Below are positions 1 through 13,008 of a stretch of DNA of 64,000 bases, piece after piece; positions within the stretch are counted from its first letter, which is position 1; each line of letters starts with the position of its first letter. Under the pieces are notes generated by a model. The model ran no database searches. It worked only from the letters and a program-made list of their open reading frames with translations, and was not told where the DNA came from. The stretch is from Octopus sinensis. Taxonomy: Eukaryota. The stretch is taken from NCBI RefSeq assembly GCF_006345805.1, contig NC_042998.1:132556001-132620000 (forward strand), in the 5' to 3' direction. Both the position numbers and the translations under genes were made by a program.

Positions 1-38
1 ACTTAATTACTGCAAAGTGTTGACACTGGTATGCATGC

Positions 39-69
<31 letters not shown>

Positions 70-169
70 AATGCACGCACACACAAATACACACACACGC
101 ATATTAATATCTATAATGTGCTACCTGCCTATTTACTTATCTCTGTCTGTCTACATCACATATTTCAGT

Positions 170-1030
170 GTCAACAATCTCTCTCTCCCTCCCTCTCTCT
201 TGCTCTCTCTATCCCCCCTCTCTCTCTCTCTCTGTCTCTCTCTCACATACACACACACACACACAGTGTACATTGAGCTTCCACATTCAGCATTTCTTGA
301 TGCTGTATTACAGACCTCTTAGTAGAAATCCAATGTCTTTCTGCCATTACCATTCACTTCTATCTTTCATCCACCCTCCCATTATTCCTCTTTAAACTCT
401 CTCTCTCTCTCTCCCCTGATCATTTTCCTTTTAATCTCATACAGAACCACCACCACCACCATCCTCCTCACTCTCTTTTCTAATTTACTTTCCTACACTA
501 CTTCCTCCTCTTCCCCTTCCTCCTGTCCTTTCCTATCCTCCACTCATCACTCTCTGTCTCTCTCTCCTTTTATTACTCTCTACTCACTATCAATCCACTG
601 TCTTTCTTTTAACACCTCTCTCTACCCCTCTCATTACACTGCCTTTCTTTCTCTTTCATCACTACCCTTTCTCTCTCTCATCACTTCTATTTCCTCTCTT
701 CACTATCCTCACTCCTCCACCTACCACTATCCACTTCTCTCTTCCTCTCAGCTCTCCCCTTTGCTCTCTTTCATCTCACATTCTTTCCTCCCCTTGCTCT
801 TCCCTGTGTTCTCATTCACTTTGTTCTCTTTTTCTCTGCTCTCTAACTCTTGCATATTTCATTGCGCTCTCTTTCTTTGCTCTCTTTCTCTTTGCACACC
901 CCCCTCCACTCTTCTTCTCCATGTCCCCCTCATCTCATTGCTCTCCTTTCTTCCACTCGCCTCCTCCTTTGCTCTCTTATCTTTTGCTCTCCTCCCCCAC
1001 CACACCTTCCCTCCGACCGCCATCACTTCC
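170..1030 (+). repeat. Long cryptic polypyrimidine (C/T-rich) tract
   Basis: About 860 bp of mostly C/T with interspersed (CT)n runs and sparse A/G; not a perfect microsatellite. Confidence 0.9.
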
Positions 1031-1305
1031 CTCAATATTAAAATCAATCAACCTCAAATATATTTGATGTTTCATCTGGAATTGATTAATGTGCATGTGT
1101 ACGTGCAGTGTGTGCGTGCAGTGAGTGTGAATATATGTATGACAGTGTGTGTGTTTGTATGCGTCTGTATTTTGCATGTCTCTGTTTGTGTATGTATGTA
1201 TGAGTGCCTGGTGTGTATAATGCCCCTATTCAACGTATTGATTCTGAATGTTTAATTATGTATATGTGTGTGTGTGTGTATATTTATATATATATATATA
1301 TATAT

Positions 1306-1837
1306 ATGCGTGCGTGTGTGTGTGTGTACAAAATTAGAATTGTGTCTAGAATGCATGCAGTTAGAATGGTTTGATGTGTTTGTGTATTAGAGTGTCTGAG
1401 TGTATGTGTGTGTGTATATGTGTTGATGTGTAATTGCAATCCATGTTTATAGTGTGTGTGTGTGTGTGTGTGTGCATGTGTACATATGTCTGTCTGTCAC
1501 ATGTTTGATAAGTTGTATATGTTTTAGATTATGCATGCAAATATGTGCATGTGTATATGCATGGCTGCATTAGGATGTTAAGTTTATGTTGATGTTTTTC
1601 AAACTATGTGCGTATTGTGTATGCATGTATAATATAATATATAATGCATGAATATATTATATACATGCACACACGTCAATACATATATGCGTGTGCATGT
1701 GTCAAAATATGCATATGTACATGTACACATATACATATATTGGCATACATCAATGCATATATATATATATTTGTGTGTACATATACTTATACATCAAAAT
1801 ATACATACACACACACATATGTACATACATAGAAGCT

Positions 1838-1871
<34 letters not shown>

Positions 1872-1935
1872 CGTGTATGCACATATGTTTATACATACAT
1901 GAATATGTAGACACATGCATATATATACATATACA

Positions 1936-1978
<43 letters not shown>

Positions 1979-2513
1979 ATATGCGTGCGTGTGTGTGTGT
2001 GTACAAAATTAGAATTGTGTCTAGAATGCATGCAGTTAGAATGGTTTGATGTGTTTGTGTATTAGAGTGTCTGAGTGTATGTGTGTGTGTATATGTGTTG
2101 ATGTGTAATTGCAATCCATGTTTATAGTGTGTGTGTGTGTGTGTGTGCATGTGTACATATGTCTGTCTGTCACATGTTTGATAAGTTGTATATGTTTTAG
2201 ATTATGCATGCAAATATGTGCATGTGTATATGCATGGCTGCATTAGGATGTTAAGTTTATGTTGATGTTTTTCAAACTATGTGCGTATTGTGTATGCATG
2301 TATAATATAATATATAATGCATGAATATATTTATATACATGCACACACGTCAATACATATATGCGTGTGCATGTGTCAAAATATGCATATGTACATGTAC
2401 ACACATATACATATATTGGCATACATCAATGCATATATATATATATTTGTGTGTACATATACTTATACATCAAAATATACATACACACACACATATGTAC
2501 ATACATAGAAGCT

Positions 2514-2547
<34 letters not shown>

Positions 2548-3011
2548 CATGTGTACATATGTCTGTCTGTCACATGTTTGATAAGTTGTATATGTTTTAG
2601 ATTATGCATGCAAATATGTGCATGTGTATATGCATGGCTGCATTAGGATGTTAAGTTTATGTTGATGTTTTTCAAACTATGTGCGTATTGTGTATGCATG
2701 TATAATATAATATATAATGCATGAATATATTTATATACATGCACACACGTCAATACATATATGCGTGTGCATGTGTCAAAATATGCATATGTACATGTAC
2801 ACACATATACATATATTGGCATACATCAATGCATATATATATATATTTGTGTGTACATATACTTATACATCAAAATATACATACACACACACATATGTAC
2901 ATACATAGAAGCTTATATATATATGTGTGTGTGTGTGTGTGTGCGTGTATGCACATATGTTTATACATACATGAATATGTAGACACATGCATATATATAC
3001 ATATACAATAC

Positions 3012-3035
<24 letters not shown>
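1306..3035. repeat. Complex tandem duplication (about 675-bp unit x2 with an extra 400-bp sub-unit) joined at (GT)n/(AT)n tracts
   Basis: atgcgtgcgt...acaaaattagaattg starts at 1306 and 1981; gcatgtgtacatatgtctg occurs at 1474, 2147 and 2547 (offsets 673, 400); the ORF track repeats at the same offsets. Confidence 0.95.
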
Positions 3036-3048
<13 letters not shown>

Positions 3049-4129
3049 CATACACACACACACACACATGTATATATATATATACACACACATACATATA
3101 TTTATATGCACCCAATCACATGATCACACACACACGTGTGTGTCTGTACATACACATGTGGTTTTTGTGTGTATGCTTAATGCTTATGTGTATAATGTTA
3201 AGTGTGTACATGTATGTGTGTGTGTGTGTGTGTGTACTATGTATGTTTGTATGCATATCATGTTGTTTTGCAGCATGTTTGTTTCATGGGGCTAGTTAAT
3301 CTGTTAGCAGCTTATACATGATTAGAAACATATCCTTGCCAGGCATTGGCTGTCAGATGGAGAATGAATGTATCTATATATGTATGCATGTGCGGATTCT
3401 CCTGTGCATGCATGCATGTATGTGTGTGTGTGTGTAAATTTGACTGGAAATTGCTATATTGCATTTTCAACACATGTAATTGTGTATGGAACTGACTTTA
3501 TGGGAATGTGTATGTTAGAGTATTTGTGATTTTGTGCGTTCATGTGTGCCAGTGTGTTAACAGTTGTTCAGAAGCACTAGTTCTCTCATTCACATGTTAG
3601 GGGGTAAATTTTTGACTTTACAGTACTATCCAACCCATACTAATAATATAAATAGCCGTGCTTTTTCTTAATTGTAGATTATTCATTCTACCAAACTATA
3701 TCAGTTTATTATGGTTCCTTTCAAACAATTCCTGCTCAGAAAGTGCTTCTGCTGGTTTGGTTCTATATACCACTGTCTGTGAACCAAACTCCTCCAAGAT
3801 GCAGTTATGCCAGAGCCTTTCCTGGATTGCATAAATGGTTGGAGAATTGAAGACTGGTTTTAAAATGCAGTTCAGTCTTGAATTGACATCTTGTGCACAT
3901 AAGCATGATGTCTATAGTTGGAATTGCAACTGAGTGACAATCTTCGCTTCAGATGCCTGTAATTGCCAACCATGGTTGGCTTATGACTGTAATATTATAG
4001 ATTCTTTGGTAAGAGCTAGCTCAACCCCCACTTGAGTTAACAGCATGTCAAGTGCATGTCTCATTCTTTTCAGTGATGTTCATAATTTTCTATGAGTAAT
4101 TAGAAACAGTGATTAATTTCCACACCAGA

Positions 4130-4508
4130 TATGGCTTTGTGGTTAGAATTGTGCTTCCTAACTGCATGGTTTCAGGCACTTTGGGTATGTGTCTTCTTCT
4201 GTAGCCATGGGCTGACTGAGGTATTGAGAGTGGACTTGGTAGATAGAAACTATCATAATATGTGTGTATGTGTTACTGCCTTATTGCCTTGACATTATGC
4301 ACTCGTAAACAAGTGTCACCATCATGCTAGGAGTGTCCTTTCATTTCCAGTCTTCTGAGACATGTTTGGTCATGGAGAAATATTACCTTATTTGGAAACC
4401 AGTGAGGTCTGGCTACAGGAAGGGCATGTAACCATAGAAAATACACCTCAGCAAATACAATCTGACTCCTACTAGCATGGTAAAATGGGCTCTAAACCAT
4501 GATGATGA
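4130..4508 (+). mobile_element. Decayed SINE: family-A head with RTE-type 3' tail ending (GAT)n
   Basis: Head atggctttgtggttag and gagtggacttggtagatagaaact match family A; tail ctagcatggtaaaatgggctctaaaccatgatgatgat resembles RTE-LINE 3' ends (recalled). Confidence 0.65.
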
Positions 4509-4549
4509 TATACATGCACAAAAAGAGAATGCTGTAATAGTATTAATAA

Positions 4550-4765
4550 TAAACAAGAGCACTCAGAGGGTGCAAACCTCCCAAGGCAACACCAATGTCC
4601 TCTGAACAATTAACCAGAAATGATTTTTAAAACGAGAATACCTGAATTAAACTTGACTGCTCTCACAAACGAGAATACTAAAAATGAACCTGATTGCTCT
4701 CAAAAATTAAGTGAAAAAAATGGAAAAATAATCCAGAATCCTTGTCCAGTACCTGATTGATCCCA
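4550..4765 (+). mobile_element. Fragment of an unclassified interspersed repeat (possibly non-autonomous Helentron-like)
   Basis: Internal repeats aacgagaatac x2; aaataatccagaatccttgt exact at 4726-4745 and 4951-4970. The family label is from recall only. Confidence 0.3.
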
Positions 4766-5436
4766 ATGGTGGTCATGGAATGTGAAGGTGACTGTAGAAA
4801 ATTTAGTAACAGTAATAAATAATTTATCCTTATCTAATACAAGCCAAAGTTAACAAATTCACCATTCAAAATATATACAGCCTAAAGGAAGATAATTGAG
4901 AAAGACTTGAAAGTTAACATAAGATCGTATTCACGTATAGTAAATATAACAAATAATCCAGAATCCTTGTTTGGATCAACTATAAACAGTAGTGATAGTT
5001 TCAAGCACAGGCATCCAACTGAGTTTTGGATCTAGAAAATGATTAGTCAATTAAAACAAACCAAGTATATTACTGGTACTTTATCCAACTCTCAAAGATG
5101 AAACGGCAAAGTTGATCTACATGAGATTTGTACCCAGAGTGTAAAACGATGTTAATAAATGCAAGTGGTGATGTTTGCTGCTTTGATATTAAAAATAATT
5201 ATTTCCAATGTAAAACCAAGGCCCCATTTGTGAATAAGGGGTTTACAGTCAATTATATCAACCCAGTACTTGTTGGCCCCTGTTTTATAGAATTTAGAAG
5301 GATGAAAGACAGTCAGCATCAACAAGATTTGAATAGGGGATGTAAGGAATCGTGGAACTTCTTTGGATTTCTAAGCTGTTTGATAAACTTAGTTACTTTT
5401 TATGATTATGTAAGTGACTGGAATATTTAACAAGTT

Positions 5437-5600
5437 AGTGGCCCTGTGTTTAGGGTGTTAGCTGAAGGATCGTGATGTTGTGAGTTCTATGCTTGAATCA
5501 GCTACGTCATGACCTTGAGTAAGGCACAGCTCCACTCTGTTGTACTGAAAATGGTGCAGCCTTTTCTCTTGCCAGCTGTCACATCCTCAATGTTCTATTT
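5437..5600 (+). mobile_element. Decayed tRNA/CORE-like SINE (family D)
   Basis: gtggccctgtgtttaggg head, gtgagttctatgc B-box-like, ccttgagtaaggcac core; similar to 12523 and 58090 copies. Confidence 0.45.
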
Positions 5601-5821
5601 GATCAAAGGTTGCCAGATCATGTCTATGTCTACTTCAGACTACATAATAACCTAAATCAATTAGAGAAAACATATGTGCTACCAAGTCATTCTCGCTCGC
5701 AAGTGACATCTATGGTTTCGCTTTACGATTCCACAAATATGTACATTCCAGCCAGCAGGCTTTTACACTGTTTGTGTCAATGCAATTTCACTCTAAGAGT
5801 TGGATTGACCCAAAGCTATCA

Positions 5822-6051
5822 TTAACCCTTCAGCATTTCAACTGGCTATATCTGGCTCAAACATTCGTCTTGTTTTTGTGTTCAAACAGTTCTGATCTGA
5901 CCTCACACACCTACCCTGTAATGTTATTCTAAAACAGAAACAAACACAGCATCAAAATACAGAAGGTACGAGATAATGCATGATTAATTCAAAGTAATGT
6001 GAATAAATAAGCATTACATTTGACAGAGTTATCTCAATGTTAAAGCATTAA
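5822..6051 (+). mobile_element. piggyBac-like MITE (TTAA-flanked)
   Basis: TTAA|CCCTTCAGCATT at left; degenerate AATGTTAAAGCA|TTAA at right; body homologous to 8377 and 11338 copies. Confidence 0.65.
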
Positions 6052-6396
6052 AGGCACTTACTTATCTGAGATGCCACCATGCAGTTGAATGGAATTTGGG
6101 ACCTCATGATTCCGAAGCGAACTTCTTAAGCTTTGCCTGCGTTCACAAAACATCGTTATTATTATCATCATCATCATCGTTTTAATGTCCACTTTTTCCA
6201 TGCTTGCTTGGGTCAGAATGTTATAACTTGATAGTTATAGCTAAATACGAAAAGCCATTTAGTATAACCGGCCAACTGATTCTGCCACTCCAATACCTTT
6301 CCAAGAAAGATAATAATTATGATAAAAATAATTAAAGCAGCATAAAAGAATGGAGATTGTTGTGTGTGTGTGTGTATTTGCGCGCGCGCACACACA

Positions 6397-6458
<62 letters not shown>

Positions 6459-8376
6459 GTACAATATAGGGACTCTCCAGATTCTTGTGGATAACAATGG
6501 TCGCCCAACATTAGGATAAGAGGAACAGGATAATTTTTTTTTATTTTTCTTCCCCGACAAAATATGATGGTAGTGGGTTGAGGTGGTTGGTGGTAAGTGA
6601 AATAAATGATTTGCAATAGCAACATCAACAACCACACCAACAGCGATTCTAAACGAAGTAAAAGCTAAGTGTAAATAGCTTCATTTGGGTCATTGACTTG
6701 GGGCAAGTAGTTTCCCAAACATTGATCGGAAACTCTCTTTTCCACCCTACCCCACCCCTTTCTTTCTTTCTTTCTTTCTTTCTTCTCATTACATCCCCTA
6801 CTCTTCTGTCACTCCCAACCATCTTCTGACACCACACATTGATTATAATGCCTCTCTTTACTTTTCTCTCTTTTTACCACACACACTCTACACATACATA
6901 AGCTTATATATATAGATATATATATATATTTATACACATTCAAACACACATGTATAAGCAGACGCAGATAAATGTATAAGCATAGACAGATCACACTTTA
7001 TCTATGTATGTATGTAAATCTGTGTGTGTATGTGCATGCGCACACAAACAGCAGACATTATACACGGCTCTACTATAAAGGATTGCTTTGTTAGCATGTA
7101 ATTCAATAAAAAAACAAACTAAGAAACAAAATAAACATACAAAGATGTGGAAGATTGGAAGCTATGTTTGTGGATGGGTGGGGATGGCGGGAGTGTTGAT
7201 GGTTGTGGGTGGAGGAAGATTAGTGACTCCAGTTGGTGAAATTCCTCCAGGATGTTTTTGGAATTTAATCACTTGCCTCATATTATATATTAAAAAAAAA
7301 AAAAAAAAAAAACCTCAAACAAACCAATGATGATGGTAAAACATCAACAGCTGCAACAATGGTAGGAGAAGTAGGAAGAATCCAGCCTGTACATCCAGCA
7401 TCAAGCACCAAGGATGCTTTCCCTGTGTTCTTTTTTTCCTTCTTTCTTATTCCCTTCATCAAAATGCTTTTGTTTTTTGTTTTTTTTTTGTTTTTTTTTT
7501 TTATGTTTTTAGTTTTGTTTTCCTCTTGACTCCCTCTTCTTTTTGTGTATGTGTATGTTTCATTTTTGAAATTAAAAGGGGTGGATTCTGTTATTGAATT
7601 TTGTTTCTTTTTTTTTTTTCCAATTCCATTTCATTTGATTCGGTTTTACTTACTGCAGTTGTGTACTAATCGTTTCGAAGATTAAGTAAAGAACACCACA
7701 AAGATCTTTCTGGTATTTTAATTTCAATGGATTTACAATGAAACAAAAAAAAAAAAAATAACAGAAGCAAAATGTTTGTACATATCTGTATGAGTACATG
7801 TGTATGCTTACACACTTGAGGTCTCTATGGATTTACATTAGAAAAAACTTCTCTGCAAGGTGCAAAACTAGACCAGTCCCCTCTACAGAAGACCAGAATT
7901 TGTCCATGCATGCATGTTTCCTATCTCCACTGATATTATTTAGCGGGGGGGAGCCAAATGTCATCGCAGACATTACCATCAGAACTCAAAATGTCAGAAC
8001 GGGCACTACAAGAGATCTTGTCTGGAGCTCTAACAATTCTGTCAAATCAGTGCTTCAAATTAGCACCTGTATTTTATTAACCCTGAAGGATGAACTATAA
8101 AGTTGACCGTGGCAAGATTTGAACTCATGACTCCTTACATTCTCAGTTCAAATCCTACCAAAGTCAGCTTTGCCTTTCATCTCTCTGGTGTCCTTAAAAT
8201 AAATGGTTAGCCTTTTGCCTAGCTCTTTACATAGCGAGTTAAAATCAAATTAAGGTCAACATAATCTCCCTGGAGTTGTCAGATAAAGCTCCAGTGAAAA
8301 TCTTGATTGATTTCAGTGACTGACTCTTTTCTCTCTTTCTCCCCAATTTTCTGGCCTTGTACCTATGTAAGATTAC

Positions 8377-8604
8377 TTAACCCCTTAGCATTTAGACCAG
8401 CCAAAATCTAGCCCAAAATATTCAACTTGTTTTGATCGAAACAGCCAAACTTGGTCTTCCACACCTACTCTAAAATGCCATTCTAAAGACATACAGTCAC
8501 CTCATTGAAATTTTGAAGCTATGAAATAATGTATGACTAATTCAGAAACTTGGCAATAATTGAGCATTAAATGTGACAGAGTAATCTGAATGCAAAAGGG
8601 TTAA
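8377..8604 (+). mobile_element. piggyBac-like MITE (TTAA-flanked)
   Basis: TTAA|CCCCTTAGCATT ... AATGCAAAAGGG|TTAA; TTAA target and CCC-starting TIRs are piggyBac hallmarks. Confidence 0.8.
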
Positions 8605-8983
8605 AAGCAGTCAGTTGGTAGAATCATTAGAGCATTGGAGAAAATGCTTTGCGGTATTTTTTCTTGCTCTTTACATCTTGAGTTCAAATTTTACCCAAGT
8701 CAATTTTGCTTTTTATCCCTTTAGGACTGACAAAAAAAAAAAAGGTGCTAGTGAAGTACTGAAGTTATTAGCATCGACTAATCTCTTTCCTGCCAAATTA
8801 CTAGTTTTCTTTCTAAATTATTAATTAGAAGCAATTATGAATGTGATTATTTGCATTTTTTACACTATTCTTATATCAAAAACTGGGTCCATGGATTCCC
8901 ATGTTGTAACAATTATCTACTAATTGTGAAAACTGGATTTCAGAAAAATGTCTCTTTTTCATTGTTGAAACAATAGTGATAAT

Positions 8984-9203
8984 AATCCTTTTTACTATAG
9001 GCATAAGATCTGAAATTTTCAGGAAAAGGTTAAGTCGATTACATCGACCCCAGTATTTAACTGATACTTATTTTATTTATTGACCCTGAAAGGATGAAAG
9101 GCAAAGTTGACGTTGGCAGAATTTGAACTCAGAACATAAAGATGGATGAAATCCCACAAAGCATTTTACCTGCATGCTAACGATCCTACCAGCTTGCAGC
9201 CTT
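8984..9203 (-). mobile_element. SINE family B (short tail)
   Basis: Reverse complement of the family-B consensus (gaaaggatgaaaggcaaagttgac...atttgaactcagaac), with (AAT)n at both ends. Confidence 0.85.
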
Positions 9204-9230
9204 AATAATGATGATGATAATAATAATAAT

Positions 9231-9422
9231 AGTCCTTTCGGCTAAAGACACAAGTTGATTACATCGGCCTCCAGTATTTTACTTGTACTTAATTTATTGA
9301 CCCCCAAAAGGATGAAAAGCCAAATTGACCTTGGCGGAATTTGAACCTAGAACATAGAGTCGGGAGAAATACTGCTAAGTATTTTATCTGCCGTGGTAAT
9401 GATTTAGCAAGCTCACTGCCTT
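9231..9422 (-). mobile_element. SINE family B, tandem with previous copy
   Basis: Same consensus, joined to the 8984 copy through a (TAA/GAT)n tract. Confidence 0.8.
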
Positions 9423-9785
9423 GATAATAGTAGTAGTAGTTGTAGTAGTAATAATAATGATAATATCAATTTTGGGGAATTATATTTTGCTCCTTATTAA
9501 ATATGTTTTATGTGTGTGATCACAGCAATTCAGCAGTGTCCTTTTGTTCTTTAAGTTCTTGCTACCAGAGGGTAGTTTCAAATTGTGTTCTGTAGTTGTG
9601 ATCTACCCCCACCCATCTGTACCTTTATTATTTTCTTTCTGTATGTTACAATTATTGTTGATAATTTTTTAAAATCTGATTTTGCAATCTGTGTGTTTCT
9701 TACTTGGCCATTCCATTCCCCTTTTCCTTCCCTCTTTTCCCATGCCAGCATAGAAAACAGGACATTAAATGATGATGCCGATTAT

Positions 9786-9829
<44 letters not shown>

Positions 9830-10025
9830 TGTGTGTGTGTCCTAGTGTGTATATAGATATATATCGATATATACAGATATACATATATATAATGAGTGTG
9901 TGTGTGTGTATATATCATGTTTTTATTTTGATCAATTTACTCCACCACCTACACCACCAAACGGTATACACAGGTGCTTATAATTATCAAGTACTCACCC
10001 CGAATTTATATATATATATATATAC

Positions 10026-10071
<46 letters not shown>

Positions 10072-10263
10072 GTATATATATATATATGGGTTTTCCAGGC
10101 CTTTTCTAAAGTACATGCACAAACAAACATATGTAGGTACATTGTGTGTGTATGTGAGGGTGGGGGGGATAGAGGATGGGGAAGGAAGAAAAGAGAAGAG
10201 AGAGGAGGTAATGAATTGGCCAGGGAGTGAATGAGATAGTTCTGAGGAGGGGTGCATGTGTGA

Positions 10264-10306
<43 letters not shown>

Positions 10307-10835
10307 GAGGAGGAATATGACATACTGAATGAGAGAAAGAGATGATTTCTGAGGGAATGAGACAGTGGGCTGGGATACATGTCTTTCTCTGTGTGTGTGT
10401 GTGTGTGTGTGTGTGTCTGTGTGTGTGTGTGTATATGTGTGCATCTGCTTATGTGTCTATATACTGCTGTGTGTGTGTGTGCATGCCTGCCAGTGTGTGA
10501 AAGTGTAGGCTGAGAAGTGGCAGTGCACAAATTGCAATAATTGAATTCTTCTCCCTCATAATCTATATTGATTTGATTTTCCAGAGCTAAAATTGGACAG
10601 TGAGGTGGCGGTGGTGGGGGGTGGGTGCTTGTTGTGGCATTCTGTTCCCTCTTTGGTCAGCACATTTCCTCTCCTACCACTTCATTTTGTCTTTCATCTC
10701 TGGTTTCTCTTGTTGTGGTTGTTATTGTTGTTGCTAATAGTGGAAGATGGGTGGCGATGGGGTGGGCGAGTCAAAGTAAGCTCTCTGATCTTGTTCTTTC
10801 TCTGTATTTTTTCTATTTTCATTTTGGTTTATATA

Positions 10836-10879
<44 letters not shown>

Positions 10880-11337
10880 ATATTTGTTTCCCAGTTAGTG
10901 TTTATCTTTGGGGAATCATCCAAAGAACGCTCCCTGCCAAATTGCTTTGTGAAATGTTGTTGTTGTTGCTATCACCCATAATCTATGAGAGTATGCTATG
11001 AACATGAACAGCAGCCAACAGCGTAGTGCAAGAGTTAAGCTTCTGGGAAGTTTAGGGTTCATGACCTAGATTCAGTTACTTATTGAAGGGCTATTCATAT
11101 CAGTTTCCAGACTTCTTGTCCTTTCTTGAGAAAGGCATGTAGGCTACAACTTACGTTTCACTTTTCCCTCAAAAAATAAAAGAATTTGTTTTTAACATTG
11201 TATAGGCACTGGCATGGTTGTGTGGTAAGTTTACTTTCCAAACACATGGTTTCAGGTTCTATCTTACTGCCCTGCACCTTAGACAAACATGTTCTAGTAT
11301 AGTTCCAAGCTGACCAATGCCTTGTGAGTGAATTTGG

Positions 11338-11584
11338 TTAACCCTTTAGTATTCAAACAGGTCATGTACTCTCTCTCTCTTTTTTAAATTTTTTATTTGT
11401 TTCAGTCATTTGACTGTAGTCCTGCTAGAGCACAGCCTTTAGTTGAACAAATCAACCCTAGTACTTATTCTTTGTAAGCTTAGAACTTATTCTATCTGTC
11501 TCTTTTGACGAATTGCTAAGTTACAGAGATGTGAACACACATTAGAATCGGTTGTCAACACAGACACACAAACATACACCCCCC

Positions 11585-11636
<52 letters not shown>

Positions 11637-11950
11637 GACAGGCTTCTTTCAGTTTCCATTTACCCGGTTGACAAGAGGCTATAGTAGAAGATAGTTGCCC
11701 AAGGTGCCATGCAGTGGGACTGAATTTGGAACCATGTGGTTGGTAAGTAAGCTACTTACCACACAGCCACTCCTACCAGTTTCATATTCAAACTGGCCAC
11801 ACCTGGCTTCTTACACCTATCATGTCATTCTCAAAATATACATTCACATCATCAAAATCTCACCTAAGAGATAAGGCATGATTAATTGAAAACAATATGA
11901 CTATATAAGCATTATATTTGACAGAATAATCTAAGTGCTAAAGGGTTTAA
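11338..11950 (+). mobile_element. piggyBac-like MITE carrying a nested SINE A
   Basis: TTAA|CCCTTTAGTATT ... AGTGCTAAAGGGT|TTAA; the body after 11777 matches the 5822 and 8377 copies. Confidence 0.75.
11390..11776 (-). mobile_element. SINE A (CpG-decayed) nested in MITE
   Basis: tttgtttcagtcatttgactg ... accacacagccactcct with an internal (TA)n tract. Confidence 0.85.
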
Positions 11951-12104
11951 GGAAACTGTGTGGAGCCTGTTGTGAGTGTTTTTGTGTTTGTCTCCTACCA
12001 TCACTTGACAACTGCTGTAGATTTGTTTGCGTACCTGTAACTTAACAGGTCAGTAAAAGAGACTGGTGGAATATATTATATGTCCAGACATATAAAAAAA
12101 AAGT

Positions 12105-12465
12105 AGGCTTAGGAGTAGCTGTGTGGTAAGAAGCTTGCTTCCCAGCCACATGCTTCTGGTGGGTTCATTCCCACTGCATGGCACCTTGGGCAAGTGTCTT
12201 CTACTAAAGCTTTGGGCTGACCAAAGCCATCAGAGTGGATTTGGTAGAGAGAAATACGGAAACTGAAAGAAGCCTTGTCATATTTATATGTATATATATA
12301 TATCTATGTGTGTGTGTCTGTGTTTGTTCCCCTACCCAATCACAACTTGACAACCAGTGTTGGTGTCTTTGTGTCCCCATAAATTAGCGGTTCGGCAGAA
12401 GAGGCCGATAAAATAAGTACCAGGTTTAAAAAATTATTACTGGGGATCAAGTCATTTGACTAAAA
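12105..12465 (+). mobile_element. SINE A
   Basis: aggagtagctgtgtggtaag head, gggttcattccc B-box-like, ccttgggcaagtgtctt core. Confidence 0.85.
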
Positions 12466-12522
12466 GTAAGTAAAATATGTGAAAGTTTGAAGATTTAAGA
12501 GATATGCATACATATATGTATG

Positions 12523-12680
12523 TGAAGGTGTATAGCCTAATGGTTGAAGTGTTCTTGTCGTGAGTTCAATTCCTGGACTGAGTAACAGACTGTATCCTTG
12601 AGCAATGAACTACTTTTTGTCTTGCTTCAGAGTACTCAGTTGTAATGAGTGCTGGCTCAGTACTGTTGCAACTGAATGAA
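12523..12680 (+). mobile_element. Decayed tRNA/CORE-like SINE (family D)
   Basis: gtgaaggtgtatagcctaatggtt head, gtgagttcaattcc B-box, tatccttgagcaa core. Confidence 0.5.
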
Positions 12681-12734
12681 AGCAAGGTACTAGCAGCGAA
12701 GCTATACTCACTTGTTAGCAAGGATCTGGGAGCT

Positions 12735-12960
12735 TCACCATCATCATAATAATCATCGTCATCGTTTTAATGTTCATTTTTCGTATGCTCGCATGGGCCA
12801 GGTAGAATTTATTGAGGTAGATTTTCTACAGCTGGATGCCCTTCCTGTCACCAACCTTCACCTGTTTCTAAGTAAAGGAAATATCTCCCCATGACCAGAC
12901 TTGCTTTCACAGAATACTATAAATGAAGGACACCACTTGCATGATGGGGACACTTAAGCA
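12735..12960 (-). mobile_element. RTE-type SINE tail
   Basis: catcatc...cgttttaatgttcatttttcgtatgctcgcatggg and ctacagctggatgcccttcctgtcaccaacc are the reverse complement of the tail seen at 4400-4508. Confidence 0.65.
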
Positions 12961-12967
12961 AGGAGAC

Positions 12968-13008
<41 letters not shown>

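Larger units (their letters stand above)
11205..12075 (+). mobile_element. Old SINE A split by a MITE insertion (11205-11337 and 11951-12075)
   Basis: ccttgtgagtgaatttggt at 11320-11338 resumes as ggaaactgtg at 11951, matching consensus gagtggatttggtagacggaaactg. Confidence 0.7.

Noticed and set aside
1644-3299. Multiple H/Y/I/C-rich ORFs
   Set aside because: Translations of CA/TA/TG low-complexity sequence repeated by the tandem duplication.
3820-3900. WRIEDWF/KMQFSLE resemblance to Tc1 transposase W..EDW...FSDE
   Set aside because: Needs a frameshift, lacks the catalytic D, and no other transposase motifs or TIRs are nearby.
5128-5430. 100-aa non-repetitive-looking ORF
   Set aside because: Overlaps decayed SINE B fragments (aacccagtact, gaaggatgaaag).
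6213-6640. Signal-peptide-like minus-strand ORFs (MVWLLMLLLQ..., MVVDVAIA...)
   Set aside because: They run into microsatellite with no clear splice donor and no recognisable domain; left as uninterpretable.
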